The notes under the pieces are model-generated. The model was given only the letters and a program-made list of their open reading frames with translations, did no database searches and had not been told where the DNA came from. Below, piece by piece: positions 1-11,960 of a DNA stretch of 64,000 nt. The stretch's first letter is position 1, and the number at the start of each line of letters is the position of its first letter. A program made the position numbers and the translations under genes. The DNA is from an uncultured Gemmatimonadales bacterium (GTDB lineage Bacteria > Gemmatimonadota > Gemmatimonadetes > Longimicrobiales > Gaopeijiaceae): contig CAWELD010000003.1 of the NCBI GenBank assembly GCA_963809895.1, forward strand, positions 2,944,001 through 3,008,000. Direction: 5' to 3'.

Positions 1-698
1 AAGACCAGGAGCGCACCGTGCTCGTGGCACAGGGCCCGGAGGCCTGCGAGGAAGCCGTCGACGGGAGGGATGCACCCCATGTTGCCCGCGACGGGCTCGA
101 CGAAGACGGCCGCGATCTCCCCCGGTGCGCGCTGAAGAGGGCCTCCACCCCGGCGAGATCGTTGTAGTCCGCCACCAGTGTGTCCGAGGCCGCTCCGGCC
201 GTCACGCCGGGGCTGGACGGCGTACCCAGGGTGGCCGCGCCCGAGCCGGCCTCCACCAGGAAGCTGTCCGCGTGCCCGTGGTACCCGCCCCGGAACTTCA
301 CGACCCGGTCGCGACCTGTGGCCGCCCGCGCCAGGCGGAGCGCGCTCATGGTGGCTTCGGTGCCCGAGCTCACGAGGCGAACCACCTCGAGGCCGGGCAC
401 CCGGGCGACGAGCGTCTCCGCGAGGAGCACCTCGCCTTCCGTGGGGGCTCCGTACGACGTGCCGGCCTCCACGGCGTCGAGGAGCGCCCGCGACACCGCG
501 GGGTGGGCGTGGCCGAGGAGCATCACGCCCCAGGAGCCCACGTAGTCGAGGTAGCGGTTGCCGTCCACGTCGTACAGGAACGCGCCGCCGGCGGAACGGA
601 TGAAGCGGGGTCCCCCCCACGCCTTTGAAGGCGCGCACGGGGCTGTTGACTCCACCGGGGATGACCTTGGCTCCTGAGCTCTTCGAGGCGGTGGTGGT
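1..698 (-). CDS. hemL: Glutamate-1-semialdehyde 2,1-aminomutase, partial (5' end lost in poly-G, 3' end beyond window edge, frameshift near 610-620)
   Basis: Manual minus-strand translation gives [19 protein letters not shown].. [67 protein letters not shown]; heme operon context. Confidence 0.9.
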
Positions 699-1385
<687 letters not shown>

Positions 1386-1389
<4 letters not shown>

Positions 1390-2298
1390 GGGCCCAAGCA
1401 GCGCTGCGGTGACGGCCCCGTCCAGTCTCCGGCCTCCAGCAGCGTGGTCACCCCAAACTCCCGGAGGATGACTTCGGCGCAGCGCTCGCCGACGGCATCG
1501 GCCTCCGTGACGGAGCCGGACGTTTCCCGGTCAGCCGTCACCCGGCGTGATCACGGAGGTGCGGAGCGTGAGCCCTCGGCCGTACCGATGCGATACAGCC
1601 CACCGGGGCCTGACAGCCCGCGCCCAGTCTGCGCAGACACGCTCGCTCCGCGTCTCCGAAGCGCGTCCACGGTGGTCCAGCGCTGGCCGCCCCGGCGCGC
1701 ACGTACTGGCGCTGATCTTCGCAGATGGGGCAGGACGTCGGGAGCGGAACTCGGTGATTCGCGCCCCCATCCCCAGTCGCAGCAGTCCGGCCGCCGCGAG
1801 CACGGCGGCATCGACGCGGCCCTCGTCCACCGCCTTCAGCCTCGTCGGCACGTTCCCTCGCAGGTCTTCCAGCACGAGGTCGGGACGGGCGAGCCCCAGG
1901 AAGCTCTTGCGGCGTACGCTGGCTGTGCCGATCCGGCTGCCGCCGGGGAGATCGGCGAAGCCCACGCCGGCGCTGCCGACCAGGACGTCGCGAGGGTCTT
2001 CTCGCGCAAGGACCGCCCCCAACCCGAGGCCAGGCGGAAACACCGTTGCCAGATCCTTGCAGGAGTGGACGGCGATGTCCACCCGATCGGTCAGGAGGGC
2101 ATCTTCGATCTCCTTCGTGAAGAAGGACTGGCCCACGTTTGGTCCCAGGGGCAGGTCCACGATGCGATCGCCTGAGGTCGTGATCTCCACGATCTCGACT
2201 CCGAGCCCCGGATTCGCGTCCAGGAGACGCGTCCGGACCTGACGTGCCTGCACCAGCGCCAGACGGGAGCCCCGCGTGCCGAGACGGATCCGGCTCAC
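1386..2298 (-). CDS. hemC: Hydroxymethylbilane synthase (several indels in the 3' half; 3' end approximate)
   Basis: IRLGTRGSRLALVQA, FTKEIEDALL..VDIAVHSCKDL, REDPRD, LRGNVPTRL; cofactor motif GCQAPVG present in a shifted frame near 1600-1625. Confidence 0.9.
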
Positions 2299-3596
2299 GA
2301 CGCCCGCTCCGTGCCGAGAATCACGGGCTCTCCGTCCGAGGCGACGCCGAAGAGAGCCTCGGCGGCCCGGAGCACACCCCGACCTTCCACCGTCCGGACG
2401 TCGGCTTCTCTGAGCGCACGCGTGGGCTCGTGCAGGAGCGTCCGCGCCAACGACCGCGCGAAGCGCTGCAGGGTCTCGCGCTGCTCGGGCTCCAGGCCCC
2501 GGGCGTGACGGCGAGCCGCCTCTCGTGCCTGCTCGAGCACGCGCTCACTCACGGCTCGTACTACCGGAGCTGCGGCGCGGGCTCGGGCCCAACGCACGAA
2601 GCGATCGACCTCCTCGGCGACGACGGCTCTGGCCACTGGAACCTGTGCCGCCCTGGTCTGCCGAACGGCCGCAACGCGCTCGTGAACCGCCTGCAGGTCG
2701 AGCACCTCGACGCCCACGAACTGTGCGAGCCGAGGATCGATCACGCGCGGATGGGAAAGATCCACGACGTACCGACGTGCGGGTGCGGCGGCCTGCCAAG
2801 CGGACGCCGTGTCGCAGTCTACCAGGTAGTCCGGCGATGCGGCGGCGCCCACCAGCAGGTCCGTGTCCCGCAGGAGCCGCGGGAGCTCGGCGAGCGCGTG
2901 CGATGTGCCCGTGCCGAGCTCACGTACGAGCTGCCGGGCTCGCTCGGGGGTACGGTTGACGATGCGCAGCCGGGAGACGCCCGCCTTCACCAGGAGCCGT
3001 GCGACCAGCCCGGCCGTGTCTCCGGCACCCACGACCACGGCCCTGCGATCCTCCAGGGTCCCGCCGCGCCTTCGAACGAGGTCCAGGGCGGCGCTGGCGA
3101 TGGAAGCGGCGCCCCGACCGATCTCCGTCTCCGTTCGTACACGCTTGCCCGTGGACACGGCCATCTCGATGAGTCGATGCAGGACGGGCCCCAGGGTGTC
3201 GGCCGCATCGGGCTCGGGAAGCATATCCCTCACCTGACCCAGGATCTGGGCCTCGCCCTGCACGACCGAATCCAGGCCCGCCGCCACCGCGAACAGATGA
3301 TCCGCCACCGCTTCGGCACCCGTGCGAAAGTACGAGTGACGCGCGAGCTCCCGGACGGGCAACCCCGTCTCCCGGGACGTGAACCGCCCCAGGACCGCCC
3401 GCACGCTCTCGGGCTCGTCGGCCACGCCGTACACCTCGAAACGACCGCACGTCACCAGGGCCGCGCCCTCGGCGAGGTGGCCTTTCCGCGTCATACGACC
3501 CAGGACGGTGAGGAGCCGGTCCGGATCCACATGCATGCGCTCCCGCAGGGGCGTGGACGCCGTGCTGTGGCTGGTGCCGAGGAGGAAGAGCTCCAT
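2295..3596 (-). CDS. hemA: Glutamyl-tRNA reductase
   Basis: GTSHSTA..RE, TCGRFEVY (catalytic Cys), AAGLDSVVQGEAQILGQVR, VVGAGDT, NRT, LLHEPT. Confidence 0.95.
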   Translation of the reverse strand: MELFLLGTSHSTASTPLRERMHVDPDRLLTVLGRMTRKGHLAEGAALVTCGRFEVYGVADEPESVRAVLGRFTSRETGLPVRELARHSYFRTGAEAVADHLFAVAAGLDSVVQGEAQILGQVRDMLPEPDAADTLGPVLHRLIEMAVSTGKRVRTETEIGRGAASIASAALDLVRRRGGTLEDRRAVVVGAGDTAGLVARLLVKAGVSRLRIVNRTPERARQLVRELGTGTSHALAELPRLLRDTDLLVGAAASPDYLVDCDTASAWQAAAPARRYVVDLSHPRVIDPRLAQFVGVEVLDLQAVHERVAAVRQTRAAQVPVARAVVAEEVDRFVRWARARAAAPVVRAVSERVLEQAREAARRHARGLEPEQRETLQRFARSLARTLLHEPTRALREADVRTVEGRGVLRAAEALFGVASDGEPVILGTERAS

Positions 3597-3611
3597 GTGC
3601 GATCGCGTGAC

Positions 3612-5338
<1,727 letters not shown>

Positions 5339-5455
5339 GGATGCGTCGACCTTTCAAGCTTGTGACTCCGCGAGAACGCCACAATTGGGGATTCTACTGG
5401 CGAGGCATCCGTAGTTTCACCGAGTCCGGGAGAGAGCTTCGACCCTCAATGCAGC

Positions 5456-6460
5456 GTGACCGCGCGACCCGCTTCGCACGCCGCCTCGAGGGTGCTAGCT
5501 TCCAGCCGGAGCCGGCGACGCCCCACGACCGGATCGACTCCCTTGGACGAAACCTTCCACCGCGGCATTCGCTCGGCCCAGGCCGGCCTGCTGGTCAACA
5601 CGCTGCTGGCCATCACGAAGTTTCTGGCCGGCCTGCTGGGCAACAGCTACGCCCTCATCGCCGACGCGGTGGAGTCCACGGCGGACATCTTCTCGTCGCT
5701 GATCGTCTGGGGCGGGCTGCAGGTCGCGCGCCGGGATGCCGACGAGCTGTACCCCTTCGGCTATGGGAAAGCAGAGTCCCTCGCGGCGTCGGCGGTGTCG
5801 CTCATGTTGTTGGGCGCGGCGGTGGCCATCTCCGTCGAATCCATCGGGGAGATCCGCACGCCCCATCACGCGCCGGCCCCCTGGACCCTGGCGGTCCTGG
5901 TCGCGGTGATGCTCGTGAAATGGCTTCTGTCGAAGAGGGTTCACGCGGTGGGCGTCGGCATCGGCAGCACGGCGGTGCAGGCCGACGCGGGCCATCACCT
6001 GAGTGACGCCCTCACCTCGGCCGCGGCCTTCGTCGGGATCTCCATCGCCCTCATCGGCGGACCGGGCTGGGAGCAGGCCGACGACTGGGGAGCGCTGGCC
6101 GCCTCCCTGGTCATCGCCTACAACGGCGTCAAGCTGCTGCGGCCTGCCGTCCACGACCTCATGGACCGGATTCCCGCCGAAGCCGTGGTGCGGCGGCTGG
6201 AGGATGCCGCCCGGGGCGTGCCCGACGTGCTGGACATCGAGAAGACGGCGGTGAGGAAGTCGGGGCTGGTCTACCGGGTGACGCTGCATGTGCAGACCCA
6301 TCCCGAGATGTCGCTGGAGGACGCGCACATCCTGAGTGGCAAGGTGAAGACCGCCATCATGGCCGCCGAGCCCCAGGTGTCGTCGGTCCTGATCCACATG
6401 GAGCCCTACGATCCCCCCGACGCCGACCCCTCACGCGATGAGCCGCCCTCAGCCCCCTGA
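5456..6460 (+). CDS. Cation diffusion facilitator (FieF-like) transporter
   Basis: About 6 TM helices, ALIADAVES.AD, PFGYGKAE, ADAGHHLSD, C-terminal dimerisation domain ending IHMEP. Confidence 0.9.
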   Translation: MTARPASHAASRVLASSRSRRRPTTGSTPLDETFHRGIRSAQAGLLVNTLLAITKFLAGLLGNSYALIADAVESTADIFSSLIVWGGLQVARRDADELYPFGYGKAESLAASAVSLMLLGAAVAISVESIGEIRTPHHAPAPWTLAVLVAVMLVKWLLSKRVHAVGVGIGSTAVQADAGHHLSDALTSAAAFVGISIALIGGPGWEQADDWGALAASLVIAYNGVKLLRPAVHDLMDRIPAEAVVRRLEDAARGVPDVLDIEKTAVRKSGLVYRVTLHVQTHPEMSLEDAHILSGKVKTAIMAAEPQVSSVLIHMEPYDPPDADPSRDEPPSAP

Positions 6461-7385
6461 CCCGGCCTCACGCGAGAGCGCCTTCCATCGCTCGGGCATG
6501 GTCACCAGGCTCGCCGGGTCCACGCTGGTGCGCCCGTAGCGCACGACCCAGTGGAGGTGGGGACCGGTCACCCGTCCGGTGGCACCCACCAGCCCGATGG
6601 GTGTCCCTGCCTGCACCGTATCGCCCACGGCCACGAGCTGCTTGCTCAGGTGGAAGTAACCGCTGAGGAGCCCGCCGCCGTGGTTGAGGTAGACGATGTT
6701 GCCCGCAAGCAGGAACGAATCCACCAGCGCCACCACGCCGCGAGTCGCCGCACGCACCGTGTCGCCGGGATCGCCGTCCAGGTCGAGGCCCATGTGGCGG
6801 CTCGAGATCTGGCCGTTGAACTCGCGCCCGCCGCCGAACTCGCTGGTGACCCGGGCGTTGCGGGGCAACCTGACGTCATCGGTCCACAGCCGGGGCGTCC
6901 GGTGCGCCTGCCGTGATACCTCCGCAGCCTTGGCCTGGTCACGGGCCAGCCGAGCGGCTGCCGCCGAGTCCAGCGGCGAGCCGAACTCCGGGGCCACCGT
7001 GAGCTTCTCGTGGGTGAAGGTCCCCGTGGCCACGGGAACATCGGCCTCGGCCCGCTGCTCCCCGACCCCCGCCGAGGTCACCGTCACCGTTACCGCCAGG
7101 CTGCCCGTGGCGTCGACAGGCACGGGCGCCAGGCTCTCCCAGGCCCCGTCGGCGGTGCGGACGAAATGGAGCTCCTCACCGGCCACCCGGCCCGCCACCG
7201 TCGCCGCCTCCGATCCGTCAGCGAGCTCCACGCGCACCACGAAGAGCTGGCCCTGACGCGGGTGCTCGGGGCTCCACCGCAGGGCGGGCGGCGCCGGGGG
7301 TGCCGCAGCGCGCCGAGACGCCGCAGGACGAGGCGGCGGCGCCCACGACCAGCACCAGAGTGGCGGACAAGGCCAGGGATCGCAT
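6449..7385 (-). CDS. M23 family metallopeptidase, secreted; 1-nt frameshift near 7300-7330 separates the signal peptide from the body
   Basis: HMGLD and TGPHLHW zinc motifs; signal-like MRSLALSATLVLVVGAAA in the adjacent frame. Confidence 0.85.
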
Positions 7386-7538
7386 GATCATGCTCGACAG
7401 TACGCGTACGGTCCCGGTGAGCCAAGCGGAGACGGGCGACACGCGGAGCGTACGGGAGCCGTCGGTGTACGCCCGCGAGCCTACCGCTCGGAGCGGGAGG
7501 GCACCTCGCAGACCCCGAACCCATCCACGGGAGGATCG

Positions 7539-8417
7539 ATGCGCGTCGCATTTCTCGGACTCGGGAGCATGGGCCTCCCCATGGCCCGCAATCTCGCCCG
7601 CTCGGACCACGACCTGGTGGTCTGGAACCGCACGCGGGCCAAGGCCGAGGACGTGGCGGGGGCGCAGGTGGCCGATTCTCCCGAGGCGGCCGCCGAGGGC
7701 GCCGACCTCGTGCTGACCATGCTGTCCGGCGACGACGCGGTGGAGGCGGTGATGTTCGGCGACGAAGGAGCGGCCGCGAGCATGCGAGAGGGAGCCGTGC
7801 ACGCATCCATGAGCACCATCAGCGTCGAGTACTCCCGCCACCTGGCTCAAGCCCACGGTGAGCGCGAGCAACGGTACGTCGCGGCGCCGGTCTTCGGCCG
7901 GCCCGACATGGCCGCGAGCGCCGCACTCCGCATCGTGGCCGCCGGACGGCCCGCTGCCATCGACGCCTGCCGCCCGGCCTTCGACGTGCTCGGCCAGGCC
8001 GTCATCGAGGTGGGCTCCGAGCCGGAGAAGGCCAACGTGGTGAAGCTCACCGGCAACTTCATGCTCGCCTCCGCCATCGAGGCCATGGCCGAGGCCTACA
8101 CCCTGGTGCGCTCCTACGGCGTCGACGTGGAGCTCTTCCACCAGACCATGGCGCAGGGCCTGTTCGCGTCTCCCATCTACCAGGGGTACGGAGGGATGAT
8201 CGCCAGGCAGGAGTACGAACCGGCGGGCTTCGCGCTGCGCCACGGACTCAAGGACGTGCGCTTCGCCCTGCGCGCCGCAGACGACAACCAGGTGCCCATG
8301 CCCTTCGCCAGCGCCGTGCACGACCGACTGCTCTCCGGCGCCGCCCGCGGATGGAGCGACTCGGACTGGGCCGCCCTGGGAAGGGTGGCCGCCGCCGACT
8401 CGGGCCAGGAGGGCTGA
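7539..8417 (+). CDS. NAD(P)-dependent beta-hydroxyacid dehydrogenase / imine reductase-like oxidoreductase
   Basis: GLGSMGLPMA..WNRT, MSTIS, APVFGRP, VKLTGN; GGAGG SD upstream. Confidence 0.9.
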   Translation: MRVAFLGLGSMGLPMARNLARSDHDLVVWNRTRAKAEDVAGAQVADSPEAAAEGADLVLTMLSGDDAVEAVMFGDEGAAASMREGAVHASMSTISVEYSRHLAQAHGEREQRYVAAPVFGRPDMAASAALRIVAAGRPAAIDACRPAFDVLGQAVIEVGSEPEKANVVKLTGNFMLASAIEAMAEAYTLVRSYGVDVELFHQTMAQGLFASPIYQGYGGMIARQEYEPAGFALRHGLKDVRFALRAADDNQVPMPFASAVHDRLLSGAARGWSDSDWAALGRVAAADSGQEG

Positions 8418-8435
8418 GACACGCCGCGGCGCCGT

Positions 8436-11108
8436 CTACTCCCTCAGCGCGGTGGCCGGATCGATGCGGGTCGCCCGCGCGGCGGGAAGCCAGCACGCCG
8501 CCATGGCCACCGACGCCAGGAGCCCGGCGGTCGCCGCGTAGATCCACGGATCCAGGGGATCCACGCCGAAGAGGAGTCCCCGGGTCACGCCGCTGAGCGC
8601 GGCGGCGGCCAGGAGACCGAGGGTGACGGCGAGGAGCACGAGGCGGAGTCCCTGCCCCAGCACGTGGCGGCGCACGTCACCGGGCGCCTGCCCCAGCGCC
8701 ATGCGCACCCCGATCTCCCGCACCCGGCGGCTCACCACGAAGGACAGCACGCCGTAGATCCCCACCGACGCCAGCACGAGGGCGGCCACGCCGAAGAAGG
8801 TCATGAGCGTCAGGGCGAGCCGCGTCGGAGCCAGCGATTCCCGGGCCAGGTCGCGCAGGGTGACCAGGTCCTCGATGGGCGTCCCGGGGGCGAGCCGCTT
8901 CACGACGGCGCGCACGGAGGGGGCCAACGCGGCAGGATCGCCCGAGGACCGCACCACGACGCTGAAGCGCGCGGACCCCGAGAGCGGGAAGTAGATCTGG
9001 GTGAGCACGGCCCTGGACAGGTCGTGGAGGCGCAGGTGCTCCACCACGCCCACGACCTGCGCGTAGCGGATGTTCTCGGGGAAGTCGTCGGAATTCACCT
9101 GCAGGCGCCGGCCCACGGGGTCGAGGTCGCCGAATGCCGTCCGCGCCAGCCGGTCGTCGATGATGATGCGACCTCCCGCTCTTGCGTCGGCCGTGGTGAA
9201 GTCTCGTCCCGCCATCAGGCGCGCGCCCATGGCGTCGAAGAAGCCCGGCGAGATGAAGCGCTGGTCGGCCGTGACGCTCTCCCAGTTGGACGCGGTCTCC
9301 TCGTCGTAGGCGTACGGCTGGAGGGAACCCGAGCCCGTGAGGGGGAGTTGATCCACCTCCGCAACTCCCAAGACCGAAGGCAGCGCCTCGAGCGCGTCGC
9401 CGAGCTCCCGCCGGAAGGCATCCCGGGCTTCCCCGTCGGGGAAGGCGGCGATGGGCAGCGAGAGCCTGAAGGTCAATCGGCCGTCCAGGGCGTAGCCCGG
9501 ATCCACGCGCGTCAGCTCCCGGAAGCTCTGGACCATGAGCGCGGTGCCCACCAGGAGCACCAGACTGGCGGCGATCTCGGCGACCACCAACCCATTCCTG
9601 AGACGACGGCTGGCACGGTCCTCCCCGCCCCGCGAGAACCCGTGCAGCGTCCCTCCCGGGTCACGACGGGCAGCGCGCAGTCCCGGCACCAGCCCGAACA
9701 CCAGGGCGCTCGTCGCCGCAGCCGCCACCGCGAAGCCCAGGACCCGCAGATCGATGCCTACGTTCTCCAGCCTCGGCACGCTGCCCGCGCCCAGGCGTGC
9801 CAGCAGCTCCAGTCCCCCGGCGGACAGCGCCACGCCGAACACGGCTCCCAGGCCCGCGAGCAAGGCGCTCTCCACCAGCACCAGACGCACGAGCCCCCAC
9901 CGCCCGGCGCCGAGCGCCGCCCGTAGATCCAGCTCGGCCGACCGTACCTGACCCCGGACCGTGACGAGATTGGCCACGTTCGCGCACGCGATCAGGAGCA
10001 CGAATCCCACGGCACCGAAGAGGAGCATGAGCGTCTGGCGCGCCCCCTTCACCACGTCGTCGAGGAGGGGCACCACCCGGGCCTCGAGCTTCGACGCGGC
10101 GTGCACGGGGTTCTCGGCCCGGAGCTGCGCGGCCATGGCGTCGAGCTCGTCCTGAGCCTGTTCGAAGGTCGCGCCCTGGCGGATCCTCCCGAACCCGGTG
10201 AAGGCCGTGAAGTTACGGGCCTGGAGCCGGGCCGGGTCGATCCGCAGCGGCGTCCAGATCTCCGCGTCGCGCAGCAGAAACGCCTCGGCCGGGAGCTGGA
10301 GGTGGAAGCCCTCCGGCAGCACGCCCACCACCTCCATGCTGGTCCCCGCGACCGGAATCAGCCGCCCGATGATGGACGGATCGGCGCCGAAGCGCCGCTC
10401 CCAGATGCGGTGGCTCAGGATCACCACCCAGGCGGCACCGGGCTGGTCCTCCTGGGCCGTGAAGGTGCGACCCAGCACCGGCGCGACGCCGAAGAAGTCG
10501 AAGAAGCCGGCCTCCACGGCACCCACGTCGACGACCTCGGGATCGTCGGCCCCGCCCAGAATCCACTCCCGGCCCGACGCCAGGGTGAAATCCTCGAAGA
10601 CCTGACTGCGGGCGCGGTAGTCGTAGAGGTCCAGCGGGTGGAGCGCCGGCAGGTTCTGGGCGCCGTCTCCGAACTCGTGCCAGAGGAGCCCGATGCGGTC
10701 GGCGGCACGGTACGGCAGCGGCCTGAGCAATACGCCGTTCACCACCGAGAAGATCGTGGTGTTGGCCCCGATTCCCAGCGCCAACGTGAGCACGGCCACC
10801 AACGTGAAGCCCGGACGCCGAGCCAGCGCCCGCACGCCGAAAACCAGATCCTGCCAGAGCCCACCCGTCATCGTCCACCCTCCCCTCGTCCACGTTCGGC
10901 GCAGCCCCGCGGCGCGCAGCGCCAGCCCCCGACGCAGCACGTCCAGGGTCGCTCCCGTGAGAATTCGCGCGCGGGTCACCGGGCCCGCCCCCTGGAGCTC
11001 GTCTGCCAGCAGCGCCGCCATCTCGTCGGCGTGGCGCCGCCGGAACTCCCGGGGCAGGACCCGGGCCGCCAGTCGCCACACGGCGGGCGCCCGCCCTGTC
11101 CGGCCCAT
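8436..11108 (-). CDS. ADOP-type duplicated ABC permease (MacB_PCD/FtsX x2) with N-terminal prefix
   Basis: [63 protein letters not shown] overlap with padR. Confidence 0.92.
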   Translation of the reverse strand: MGRTGRAPAVWRLAARVLPREFRRRHADEMAALLADELQGAGPVTRARILTGATLDVLRRGLALRAAGLRRTWTRGGWTMTGGLWQDLVFGVRALARRPGFTLVAVLTLALGIGANTTIFSVVNGVLLRPLPYRAADRIGLLWHEFGDGAQNLPALHPLDLYDYRARSQVFEDFTLASGREWILGGADDPEVVDVGAVEAGFFDFFGVAPVLGRTFTAQEDQPGAAWVVILSHRIWERRFGADPSIIGRLIPVAGTSMEVVGVLPEGFHLQLPAEAFLLRDAEIWTPLRIDPARLQARNFTAFTGFGRIRQGATFEQAQDELDAMAAQLRAENPVHAASKLEARVVPLLDDVVKGARQTLMLLFGAVGFVLLIACANVANLVTVRGQVRSAELDLRAALGAGRWGLVRLVLVESALLAGLGAVFGVALSAGGLELLARLGAGSVPRLENVGIDLRVLGFAVAAAATSALVFGLVPGLRAARRDPGGTLHGFSRGGEDRASRRLRNGLVVAEIAASLVLLVGTALMVQSFRELTRVDPGYALDGRLTFRLSLPIAAFPDGEARDAFRRELGDALEALPSVLGVAEVDQLPLTGSGSLQPYAYDEETASNWESVTADQRFISPGFFDAMGARLMAGRDFTTADARAGGRIIIDDRLARTAFGDLDPVGRRLQVNSDDFPENIRYAQVVGVVEHLRLHDLSRAVLTQIYFPLSGSARFSVVVRSSGDPAALAPSVRAVVKRLAPGTPIEDLVTLRDLARESLAPTRLALTLMTFFGVAALVLASVGIYGVLSFVVSRRVREIGVRMALGQAPGDVRRHVLGQGLRLVLLAVTLGLLAAAALSGVTRGLLFGVDPLDPWIYAATAGLLASVAMAACWLPAARATRIDPATALRE

Positions 11109-11440
11109 CAGGCCTCGCCCAGCCGCCGGCGGGCGGTGCCCGCGATCGCCGCCAGTCGTCGCGCCTCGTCGGCCAGTGCCTTCCGACCCGCAGGCGTGAT
11201 CCGGTAGTAGCGTCGACGCTCGCTCACGCCCGCCGGCCGCTCGCCACCTTCGAGCTCCTCGATCCATCCTTCGTCCGCCAGCGCGTCCAGCGTGCCGTAC
11301 AGCGTCGCCGGCCACAGGTGCAGGGCACCGTTCGTCTGCTTCTGCACGTCTCGCACGATCCCCGACCCGTGCAGGTCGCGTCCGGCCAGGGCGGTGAGGA
11401 TGTGGAAACGGTGGGGCGAGAGGATGTCGGAGTCGGTCAT
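11108..11440 (-). CDS. PadR-family transcriptional regulator
   Basis: [31 protein letters not shown]. Confidence 0.92.
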   Translation of the reverse strand: MTDSDILSPHRFHILTALAGRDLHGSGIVRDVQKQTNGALHLWPATLYGTLDALADEGWIEELEGGERPAGVSERRRYYRITPAGRKALADEARRLAAIAGTARRRLGEA

Positions 11441-11451
11441 GGCGCCTCATA

Positions 11452-11506
11452 TGCTATGATTGCATATAATACGACACAATAGCACGGAGGATTTCGCCGG
11501 GGCAAG
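11452..11506 (-). promoter_or_regulatory. Putative promoter of padR(11440): TTGCCC-18-TATTGT (extended -10) overlapping an AT-rich TGCTAT..ATAGCA inverted repeat
   Basis: Read from sequence; AT-rich island in GC-rich DNA. Confidence 0.5.
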
Positions 11507-11554
11507 CCGGGCACCGGAGCGGGGCCGCTCCGACCCGGCACGAACCCGTGTCCC

Positions 11555-11598
11555 TTGACTATTGACCATTTGTCACTAATCATGACTCATGGTCAATA
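11555..11598 (+). promoter_or_regulatory. Putative promoter/operator of padR(11589): TTGACT -35 and perfect inverted repeat TATTGACCAT-N19-ATGGTCAATA spanning the start codon
   Basis: Arms at 11560-11569 and 11589-11598; two TGAC-N5-GTCA boxes. Confidence 0.65.
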
Positions 11599-11960
11599 AC
11601 GAGACGGTCTCCGAGCGACTTCCCCTGAATCCCGACGTCTTCCAGATCCTGCTGGCGCTGGAGGACCGGGAACGCCATGGCTACGCGATCCTGAAGGAGA
11701 TCGAGCGCGCGACCGAGGGTGGGCTCACCCTCTCTCCCTCGCCGTTCTACCGGAAGCTCAAGCGCATGGAGGAAGACGGGCTCCTGGCGGAGGCCGACGA
11801 ACGGCCCGACCCGGAGTTGGACGACGAGCGGCGCCGGTACTATCGCCTTACGAGGCTGGGCCGGGAGATCCTGGAGGCGGAGGCGCTCCGCATCGTTCAG
11901 TTGGCCGGAGAGGAACGCCTCGTCCGCCTCGCTCGAGCCCGTGCCTCGGGCGCCGGGTGA
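11589..11960 (+). CDS. PadR-family transcriptional regulator
   Basis: FQILLAL..ERHGYAILKEI..DDERRRYYRLT.LGR. Confidence 0.93.
   Translation: MVNNETVSERLPLNPDVFQILLALEDRERHGYAILKEIERATEGGLTLSPSPFYRKLKRMEEDGLLAEADERPDPELDDERRRYYRLTRLGREILEAEALRIVQLAGEERLVRLARARASGAG

Noticed and set aside
11109..11450. Long N-terminal extensions of ADOP ORFs across padR genes (also 29847-30239)
   Set aside because: Alternative-frame read-through of padR; true starts are the coupled ATGs at 11108 and 29846
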